Source of the DNA: Laetmonice hystrix
Lineage: Eukaryota
Direction of reading: 5' to 3'
Assembly (NCBI GenBank): GCA_965235115.1
Contig: OZ249436.1
Location: 8,930,001 to 8,994,000, forward strand
Length of the DNA: 64,000 nt
Below the pieces are notes generated by a model. The model saw only the letters and a program-made list of their open reading frames with translations. It was not told the origin of the DNA and ran no database searches. The translations under genes were made by a program, and so were the position numbers. Positions 27,001 through 35,698 of this stretch are shown piece after piece; position 1 is the stretch's first letter; each line of letters begins with the position of its first letter.

Positions 27001-30000
27001 TACATCTTATCGGCTGGCCTACTACCCATGCAAATAGTTCACTGAGGTAGTGGAAATGAAAGATATAGGCGAGGGGCATCTAATGTTAAAATTTGGAGAA
27101 GATACTCAAATGGGAAGTAGATGTCTCACAACCATTTATCTATAGCGAACGTACGAGACCTATAGAGGTGACAGTTATACATCTGGCCTAACAATCATAA
27201 TTTTGGGGTCGTAATTTCAATTTGACGTATCAAAAATGAAGCCATTTTTCGCTTATCATTGTCTCTCCCATAAGCGCCATAGGTGCCTACCAGCCCGGCC
27301 AGGTATAAGGTGGTGATTACATGGGTAGCCGGAAGGTAGCAGTGCAGTCGGTGGAAGGCCGCTTCAGTACTGCACCCTGGTGGTTGCTTGCAACATCTCT
27401 GTGATCTGTTTCTATTTGGGGATGCGATATCTGATATAGAAAGGCGAACAACGTCATTTGCCAATGTTAATTAAACCTTTACGGCAAACAGTCACTGGGA
27501 CTACCGTACAACGGTGTCGGACGCTTACAGATGGTCAGTAGGGGACACAGATTATATGGGGGTAAATGATGGACGAAACGGATGGCCTGCCTCCTGGACA
27601 ATAAAGGCATGAAAACATGAAACATCAGGCGTCCCTACATTTCTGGCTACAGTTGTATAGAAGTAAGCAGTACAGTGATGCCAAAGATTACAGGGAGGCC
27701 AAACAGTACAGTGAGGAATCCCTACAAGGTCCTGCATTGCCTAATACCCAAGCAAACACTACAGTGAGGCCGAACAGTACAGTGAGGCCGAACAGTACAG
27801 TGAGGCCAAATAGTATACTGTGAGGCCAAGCACTACGAGAGGCTAATCAGTACTCTGGGAAGTCTCTACATCTTCTCGGCTGGCCTACTACCCATGCAAA
27901 TCGTTCACTGAGGTAGTGGAAATGAAAGATATAGGCGAGGGGCATCTAATGTTAAAATTTGGAGAAGATACTCAAATGGGAAGTAGATGTCTCACAACCA
28001 TTTATCTATAGCGAACGTACGAGACCTATAGAGGTGACAGTTATACATCTGGCCTAACAATCATAATTTTGGGGTCGTAATTTCAATTTGACGTATCAAA
28101 AATGAAGCCATTTTTCGCTTATCATTGTCTCTCCCATAACCGCCATACGTGCCTGCCAGCCCGGCCAGGTATAAGGTGGTGATTACATGGGTAGCCGGAA
28201 GGTAGCAGTGCAGTCGATGGGAGGCCGCTTCAGTACTGCACCCTGGTGTTTGCTCGCAACATCTCTGTCATCTGTTTCTATTTGGGGATGGGATATCTGA
28301 TATAGAAAGGCGAACAACGTCATTTGCCAATGTTAATTAAACCTTTACGGCAAACAGTCACTGGGACTACCGTACAGCGGTGTCTGACGCTTACAGATGG
28401 TCAGTAGGGGACACAGATTATATGGGGGTAAATGATGGACGAAACGGATGGCCTGCCTCCTGGACAATAAAGGCATGGAAACATTAAACATGAGGCGTCC
28501 CTACATTTCTGGCTACAGTTGTATAGAAGCAAACCGTACAGTGATGCCAAAGAGTACAGGGAGGCCAAACAGTACAGTGAGGAATCCCTACAAGGTCCTG
28601 CATTGCCTAATACCCAAGCAGACACTACAGTGAGGCCGAACAGTACAATTGGCCAAATAGTATACTGTGAGGCCAAGCACTACGAGAGGCTAATCAGTAC
28701 TCTGGGAAGTCTCTACATCTTATCGGCTGGCCTACTACCCATGCAAACAGTTCAGTGAGGTAGTGGAAATGAAAGATATAGGCGAGGGGCATCTAATGTT
28801 AAAATTTGGTGAAGATACTCAAATGGGAAGTAGATATCTCACAACCATTTATCTGTAGCGAACGTACGAGACCTATAGAGGTGACAGTTATACATCTGGC
28901 CTAACAATCATAATTTTGGGGTCGTAATTTCAATTTGACGTATCAAAAATGAAGCCATTTTTCGCTTATCATTGTCTCTCCCATAAGCGCCATAGGTGCC
29001 TACCAGCCCGGCCAGGTATAAGGTGGTGATTACATGGGTAGCCGGAAGGTAGCAGTGCAGTCGGTGGAAGGCCGCTTCAGTACTGCACCCTGGTGTTTGC
29101 TTCCAACCTCTCTGTCATCTCTTTCTTCTGGGGGATGGGATATCTGATATAGAAAGGCGAACAACGTCATTTGCCATTTTTAATTAAGCCTTTACGGCAA
29201 ACATCCACTGGGTCTACCGTACAACGGTGTCGGACGCTTACAGGTGGTCAGTTGGGGACACAGATTACATGGGGGTAAATGATGGACGAAACGGATTGCC
29301 TGCCTCCTGGACAATAAAGGCGTGGAAACATTAAACACGAGGCGTCCCTACATTTCTGGATACAGTTGTATAGAAGCAAGCAGTACAGTGATGCCAAAGA
29401 GTACAGGGAGGCCAAACAGTACAGTGAGGAATCCCTACAAGGTGCTGTATTGCCTAATACCCAAGCAAACACTACAGTGAGGCCGAACAGTACAGTGAGG
29501 CCAATTAGTATACTGTGAGGCCAAGCACTACGAGAGGCCAATCAATCCTCTGGGAAGTCTCTACATCTTATCGGCTGGCCTACTACCCATGCAAATAGTT
29601 CACTGAGGTAGTGGAAATGAAAGATATAGGCGAGGGGCATCTAATGTTAAAATTTGGAGAAGATACTCAAATGGGAAGTAGATGTCTCACAACCATTTAT
29701 CTATAGCGAACGTACGAGACCTATAGAGGTGACAGTTATACATCTGGCCTAACAATCATAATTTTGGGGTCGTAATTTCAATTTGACGTATCAAAAATGA
29801 AGCCATTTTTCGCTTATCTTTGTCTCTCCCATAAGCGCCATAGGTGCCTACCAGCCCGGCCAGGTATAAGGTGGTGATTACATGGGTAGCCGGAAGGTAG
29901 CAGTGCAGTCGGTGGAAGGCCGCTTCAGTACTGCACCCTGGTTGTTGCTTGCAACATCTCTGTGATCTGTGTCTATTTGGGGATGCGATATCTGATATAG

Positions 30001-30459
30001 AAAGGCGAACAACGTCATTTGCCTATGTTAATTAAACCTTTACGGCAAACAGTCACTGGGACTACCGTACAACGGTGTCGGACGCTTACAGATGGTCAGT
30101 AGGGGACACAGATTATATGGGGGTAAATGATGGACGAAACGGATGGCCTGCCTCCTGGACAATAAAGGCATGAAAACATGAAACATGAGGCGTCCCTACA
30201 TTTCTGGCTACAGTTGTATAGAAGTAAGCAGTACAGTGATGCCAAAGATTACAGGGAGGCCAAACAGTACAGTGAGGAATCCCTACAAGGTCCTGCATTG
30301 CCTAATACCCAAGCAAACACTACAGTGAGGCCGAACAGTACAGTGAGGCCGAACAGTACAGTGAGGCCAAATAGTATACTGTGAGGCCAAGCACTACGAG
30401 AGGCTAATCAGTACTCTGGGAAGTCTCTACATCTTCTCGGCTGGCCTACTACCCATGCA
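1..30459. repeat. Large-monomer tandem satellite, segment 1 (~36 monomers of 848/866 bp; A-B-C higher-order repeat of 2,562 bp)
   Basis: Anchor GTACGAGACCTATAGA recurs at 1, 849, 1715, 2563, 3411, 4277, 5125... (848, 866, 848 spacing). Short ORFs in the track recur at +2562. The array runs off the left edge of the window. Confidence 0.98.
1366..1530 (+). repeat. Internal 18-bp subrepeat (CAGTACAGTGAGGCCRAA) cluster of the satellite monomer; this copy is an example, the cluster is present in every full monomer
   Basis: CAGTACAGTGAGGCCGAA tandem copies. B-type monomers have one extra copy, which explains 866 vs 848 bp and the TVRPNS repeats in the spurious ORFs. Confidence 0.93.
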
Positions 30460-30587
30460 GACTAGTAATGGAGTAACGACGCACGTTTAAAAGCCCCGTG
30501 GAAATCCCTCTAATAATAACCTAAAAGAAGACGAAGGGACAGTGAACAAATACGGTTGATACAGATTTGGAACTTGTGTAAGTCAAA

Positions 30588-31895
30588 ATGCCTAAGAGAG
30601 ATGAAAATTGTCGGAAAACAAGAGGAAACGTGACGATAGAAGAAAACGTGAGCGATAATGGGGGAGATGATGATGGTGCCGACATACGCCAAATGATAAG
30701 ACAGCTGCAGGCGACAGTCATTTCTGAGGTAGATGGCCTGAGAAAACTGATTAATGATCAGAATGCAGAACTACGAGATAATTTAGAAGAAATCAAGAAG
30801 TCGGTTACAGATTCCCAATGCGAAATTGTTGAACTAAAAGACATAAACAAGAAACAGCAAGCGGAGATAGACGAGCTCAAAGAAGACCTGAGACAGACGA
30901 ACCATAAAATGGACACCATTCATGCCTATGTTAAAAAAGTGGACACTAATCAGCTGAAACATGAATCCTACACCCGTCAGTATAATATAATACTCTCAGG
31001 GATTGAAGAGAAAGAGCAAGAAGATATAGGACGGACTGTGATCAAACTAATATCGGAGGACTTTCAGGTGAACGTAGGAACAGCCGACTTCGACAAGATA
31101 CACCGCTATGGACGATCGTGGAACGGCAAACCAAGGCCTGTCATAGCAAAATGTTACTCTCTTACAACAAGGGACAGGATACTAAAGGCAAGAACACGAG
31201 GGCAACAACATGGAAATAGTAGAATCTTCATTAGTGAAGATTTCCCTGAGGAGATACGGTTCCAGAGAGCTGATCTACGGACGGTTGCTAACAATGCCAA
31301 ATACCTGGGCCACACAGCGAGTCTGAAGGGAGACACAGTTAATATTGATGGTCAAAGCTATAAGTATCGGGACTTAGATCTCCTATCGCCAGATCTGTCA
31401 CTAGCAGCTGCAAAAACTGTAAGTACGGAAACCAGCATTGCTTTCCAAGGAAAGCACAACCCCCTGAGTAACTTTTACCCGTGTCAAATAAAAGATGCTA
31501 ATGGGCATATCTACAGTAGTGCGGAACAATTGTACCAAGTAAGGAAAGCCAAATACATTGGTAGAGATGACATCGCGGCTAAGATGCTGAGCGAGAATGA
31601 CCCATTGACCATCAAAAGACTGGGAGACAATATAAAGGTGCCCAGGGGCAATGACTGGGAAACTGCAAAACTGGACATCATGCACATTACGGCAAAAGAT
31701 AAATTTTCACAGACTCCCGAACTGAAACAAATCTTGTTAGAAACTGGAACAAAAAACTTAGTTCATGCAACTCCAGACCGTTTTTGGGGATGCGGAAGTT
31801 ATCTCCACTCTGAAGAAATAAAGCAGAGCAGTTGGACAGGAAGGAATCATATGGGGAAAATTCTAGCTACAGTTAGGCAAGAACTTACAAACTAA
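30588..31895 (+). CDS. LINE ORF1p (435 aa): N-terminal coiled coil, L1-ORF1-like RRM, C-terminal NADAR (YbiA/DUF1768) domain
   Basis: Heptad-rich aa ~30-125. RRM motifs RQYNIILSGIEE, DKIHRYGR, PRPVIAK, IFISEDFPEEIR. From aa ~285: LSNFYP, YSSAEQLYQVRKA, KDKFSQTPELKQILLETG, LVHATPDRFWGCG, GRNHMGKILATVRQEL, colinear with NADAR/YbiA motifs (SNF, sEhyfQaqK, KFeQh.eL...LL.T, lvE...D.yWG, G.N.LG..LmelRe.L). Confidence 0.9.
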   Translation: MPKRDENCRKTRGNVTIEENVSDNGGDDDGADIRQMIRQLQATVISEVDGLRKLINDQNAELRDNLEEIKKSVTDSQCEIVELKDINKKQQAEIDELKEDLRQTNHKMDTIHAYVKKVDTNQLKHESYTRQYNIILSGIEEKEQEDIGRTVIKLISEDFQVNVGTADFDKIHRYGRSWNGKPRPVIAKCYSLTTRDRILKARTRGQQHGNSRIFISEDFPEEIRFQRADLRTVANNAKYLGHTASLKGDTVNIDGQSYKYRDLDLLSPDLSLAAAKTVSTETSIAFQGKHNPLSNFYPCQIKDANGHIYSSAEQLYQVRKAKYIGRDDIAAKMLSENDPLTIKRLGDNIKVPRGNDWETAKLDIMHITAKDKFSQTPELKQILLETGTKNLVHATPDRFWGCGSYLHSEEIKQSSWTGRNHMGKILATVRQELTN

Positions 31896-32125
31896 TATGA
31901 TGCATATAGTATCTAACCCTTTGAAGTCAAACCAATATGATGCATATAGTATAACCCTAAGTCAAAATATATTAAAGTAATATTTAAATACTGGGGGAGG
32001 AACACTAGGGGCTTGTATAGGCATTATGTGTAAGACATTAATTAAGATAACATATGATGTGAAAAATGTATATTTTAGCATAATTTATGTACTGCTACTT
32101 GGTAATATCCATGTAATAAATATGG

Positions 32126-35100
32126 ATGACAAACAGAGTAATGGATGACACTAGTCTATGTATAAAATGCCAAGTCAAAAATGCTATATGTGAAGGTCTT
32201 TGTGATGATTGTGCCATATTCTGTCTTCCATTCAGAGACCTTGAATGTCTCATGGAATGTTTGTCAGGTTTTGATAAAGATATTTTTGATACAACAAACT
32301 ACCTAGCAGATATATCTGATACTTTCCTAGATAATTGGACAAATCAAAGGTTAAAGGCCATATCAAGCTCAACATGTCAGTATTATAAGGACTGTGATTT
32401 TATTGAGTATGCAGCCCAGCATGATATACTACTAGCATTTAATATAAGAAGTATACCAAAAAACTTAGATTCTTTTATAACTGAGTTTTATGAGGCTCTG
32501 AGTAACAAGTTAAGTATAGTATGCTTTGTCGAGACATGGTACAACCATGATACCATAGAGGTATACAAACTAATCAATTATAATGGTACACATGTCTATC
32601 GGTCAGGCAAAAAAGGTGGGGGAGTATCTATCTTTGTTAAAAACAATATTAATTACACTAGATTGGAGAGGTTTTGCATTAACGAGTTGTATATGGAAAG
32701 TGTTGCTATTCATATAAAGTCCAGTGAAATATATAGTGAAAAAAATATCATTGTGATTAATATTTACAGACCTCCAGGTGCAAAACTTGATCAATTCATG
32801 ACACAAATGGAACAGATGCTAGATGAGCTGTCTGATCATGAAGAATATATATATCTTGTAGGAGATTTTAATATAGATTTGACAAAATATGGCTCCGGTA
32901 TTGAAAATCATTCTTCCAGGTTTATTAATCTGGGCCTAAGTTACGATTTTAAGCCAATCATATCCCTTCCTACTAGATTGGGTAAAAACAGCAATACCAC
33001 ATTAGATAACATTTTGACAAATTATCCCGGAAACAACCAATCTGGAGTTATACAAACCAGCATTTCGGATCATTTTCCAATCTTTGTGAGTTTGCACCAA
33101 AAAAACATACTAGAACCTACCAAGGAAAAAAACAAAGCCTGGAACTATAATAAAACAACAATTACTGAATATTGTAAACTTATCGATGAAATGGAGACCA
33201 CAGATGTTAGAAATTATTCTACCCAAGAATTATATACAAATTTTAATAAACAAATGGATGAGGCACACAAAAAGGTTTTTACTAAAGTTGAAAAAAACAA
33301 AAACTATTCTAATAGGCTCCCATGGGTTGGTGGAAAATTAAAAAATATGATACGACAAAAAAATAGGCTCTATATTAAATGGAAAAAATATAAAACTCAG
33401 GTTAATCACAAAAATTATAAACAATATAAAACAATGTGTGCGAGAGAACTTAAAAGTGCAGAGCGAGAATATTATCGTTATAAAATCCAACATGCTCATA
33501 ATAGTAGCAGGCAACAGTGGGGTATAATTAATCAACTATTGGGGAAGACAATTAATTATAAAATTCCTAAACTCCCTCTTAAAGATAATGAAGAGATTAT
33601 GAATTACACTCAATTAGCTAATGCGTTCAACTTATATTTCTCTAATATAGGTTGCAAACTCGCAAACTTAATCCCTACTACAACTTTAAACTATTTAGAC
33701 TGCATGGATCCACCGATTGAACAAAGTCTATTTCTAGCACCAGTTGTTAACCAAGAAATTATTACTATATTTAACAATATAAGAACAAACGCTGCAGGCA
33801 TCGACCATATTTCTAAAAAAATGATCAAGAATAAATACCACACTGTAGCAAATCACATAGTACACATTATAAACTGTAGTTTTTTAGAAGGTGTTGTGCC
33901 AAAAGAATTAAAAATTGCTAAAGTCAACCCCTTTTTTAAATCAGGTGATAAAGATATTCTAGGTAATTATAGACCTATTGCAATACTACCATTATTTTCT
34001 AAAATCTGGGAAAAATTATTTTATGATCGGCTTCTTAAATTTTTATCCCATAAGAACATACTATATAATTATCAATATGGGTTTAGAAAAAAACATTCTA
34101 CAGAGCATGCTGTAATGGCACTTCAAAACTATGTAAACGCTGCTTTCGAGAGAGGTGAATATGTTGTTGGAATATTTCTCGACCTATCGAAAGCATTCGA
34201 TACATTAAATAAAGACATTTTAATCAACAAATTACATCGATATGGAATTAGAGGTACACCTAGTAAATGGATAAGAAGTTATTTAACAGAGCGCTTACAA
34301 CAAACAATATTAACTAGGAAAGATATACTATCAAATAGCAGTCCCATTGACATAGGCGTTCCGCAGGGCTCAATATTGGGGCCGATTCTTTTCCTGTTAT
34401 ATATAAATGATCTACCGAATTTTGATGAGGAAGTTTTCACACTAATGTTCGCTGACGATAGTAGTCTTTTCTTATCGGGGCCCAACCTAGATGAATTAAT
34501 GTTTAAGGCACAAAATATAATTGTTAAAGTTAAAGCCTGGATAGATACAAATAAACTATCGCTAAACCTTAACAAAACAAAATACATGATATTTTCAAAA
34601 AGAGAGATAATTAGGAACTATAACTATATAAGTATCGAAGAATCCAGAATCGAACGAGTCACTCATATTAAATTTTTAGGTTTCACAATTCAAGAAAATT
34701 TAAAATGGTCTTTCCATGTAAATAATATATTGCAGAAAATCTCAAAAGGCATAGCAATACTTAGGAAAGTTAGAAAATACCTACATAAAGATGCTTTGTT
34801 GAGTATTTATTATTCATTTATATACCCTTATATTCAGAGGGGACTTATTATTTGGGGCAGTGACTTAAAAAGCAATATGGTTGATATTTTGCGAAAACAA
34901 AAACAAGCAGTTCGTATTATAGCTGGAATAAAGTATAGAGAACACACTGTACCCCATTTCAAACAACTAGAGATACTACCAATCGACCTACTCTACAAGC
35001 AACAATTAATCATTCTAATGTATAATGTTTTCCATCAAAGGTGTCCAGACCATATATCAAAATTATTTAAATTAAATCGAGAAGTAAATACCAATACAAA

Positions 35101-35293
35101 AACGAGACAAGCAGACGACTATTTTATCCCAAAAGCAAAATGTAAGACAACCATTAATAGTCCAAAAATCCAAGCTCCAAAATTGTATAATAATTATAAA
35201 AACCAGTTAGATTTTCACAACTCTTTAGGAGCACAGAAACGTATGGTTAAAAAGATGTTATTAAACTCATATACAGAAAATCTGGATAGTTAA
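32126..35293 (+). CDS. LINE ORF2p (1055 aa): apurinic-like endonuclease + reverse transcriptase
   Basis: APE motifs FNIRS, FVETW, GGGVSIFVK, IYRPP, VGDFNID, TLDNILTN, SDHFPIF. RT motifs NYRPIAILP, QYGFRK, FLDLSKAFD, GVPQGSILGP, FADD, KFLG. Uninterrupted reading frame. Confidence 0.97.
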   Translation: MTNRVMDDTSLCIKCQVKNAICEGLCDDCAIFCLPFRDLECLMECLSGFDKDIFDTTNYLADISDTFLDNWTNQRLKAISSSTCQYYKDCDFIEYAAQHDILLAFNIRSIPKNLDSFITEFYEALSNKLSIVCFVETWYNHDTIEVYKLINYNGTHVYRSGKKGGGVSIFVKNNINYTRLERFCINELYMESVAIHIKSSEIYSEKNIIVINIYRPPGAKLDQFMTQMEQMLDELSDHEEYIYLVGDFNIDLTKYGSGIENHSSRFINLGLSYDFKPIISLPTRLGKNSNTTLDNILTNYPGNNQSGVIQTSISDHFPIFVSLHQKNILEPTKEKNKAWNYNKTTITEYCKLIDEMETTDVRNYSTQELYTNFNKQMDEAHKKVFTKVEKNKNYSNRLPWVGGKLKNMIRQKNRLYIKWKKYKTQVNHKNYKQYKTMCARELKSAEREYYRYKIQHAHNSSRQQWGIINQLLGKTINYKIPKLPLKDNEEIMNYTQLANAFNLYFSNIGCKLANLIPTTTLNYLDCMDPPIEQSLFLAPVVNQEIITIFNNIRTNAAGIDHISKKMIKNKYHTVANHIVHIINCSFLEGVVPKELKIAKVNPFFKSGDKDILGNYRPIAILPLFSKIWEKLFYDRLLKFLSHKNILYNYQYGFRKKHSTEHAVMALQNYVNAAFERGEYVVGIFLDLSKAFDTLNKDILINKLHRYGIRGTPSKWIRSYLTERLQQTILTRKDILSNSSPIDIGVPQGSILGPILFLLYINDLPNFDEEVFTLMFADDSSLFLSGPNLDELMFKAQNIIVKVKAWIDTNKLSLNLNKTKYMIFSKREIIRNYNYISIEESRIERVTHIKFLGFTIQENLKWSFHVNNILQKISKGIAILRKVRKYLHKDALLSIYYSFIYPYIQRGLIIWGSDLKSNMVDILRKQKQAVRIIAGIKYREHTVPHFKQLEILPIDLLYKQQLIILMYNVFHQRCPDHISKLFKLNREVNTNTKTRQADDYFIPKAKCKTTINSPKIQAPKLYNNYKNQLDFHNSLGAQKRMVKKMLLNSYTENLDS

Positions 35294-35588
35294 GCCAAGA
35301 GCTTGTATTGTTAGACTTATTCTATAGCTTGGCACTTAAAAGGCAGCTGACTGTTTTTATTAAGATGGTTTCCATATTACCAGTAACTTTATTAAATATA
35401 ATACTATGTTATGCTCACATCGATGTACATATGTAAGAATGTTTGGGTCAGGGAGAAACTTTATGTACAAAAGTTTAGGTATAGAGGTAGGGGTGTGTGT
35501 TATTCCATATTAACAATCTCTTTCTGATACTGAACGTATTCGCAGGTTGTGATTAACTTCATTATTATTGTTAAAAGTGACACATGTT

Positions 35589-35621
35589 TGAGCACCAATA
35601 AGCCATGGGCTTCAGTGTTCA
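35589..35621 (+). other. Putative 3'UTR stem-loop of the LINE (candidate RT recognition signal), copy 1
   Basis: TGAGCAC...AAGCC-ATG-GGCTT...GTGTTCA: two nested stems ~45 nt upstream of the poly(A). 3' stem-loops are known in CR1/L2-group LINEs. Confidence 0.55.
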
Positions 35622-35665
35622 GTAATATAAATCACCGATTGAAAATGTATGACACTTGAGATGAA

Positions 35666-35694
<29 letters not shown>

Positions 35695-35698
<4 letters not shown>

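Larger units (their letters stand above)
30460..35694 (+). mobile_element. Non-LTR retrotransposon (LINE), CR1 group (CR1/L2/Crack-like), apparently full length, copy 1
   Basis: Satellite breaks at ...ACCCATGCA|GACTAG and resumes at AATCGTTCACTG after a poly(A) tract (A run 35668-35696 directly after AAT). Layout: 128-nt 5'UTR, ORF1, 230-nt spacer, APE-RT ORF2, ~370-nt 3'UTR. No discernible TSD. Clade assignment is from motif style only. Confidence 0.95.

Noticed and set aside
30510..34587. Antisense ORFs within the LINE (60-102 aa)
   Set aside because: They are short shadows of the sense ORFs with no motifs.
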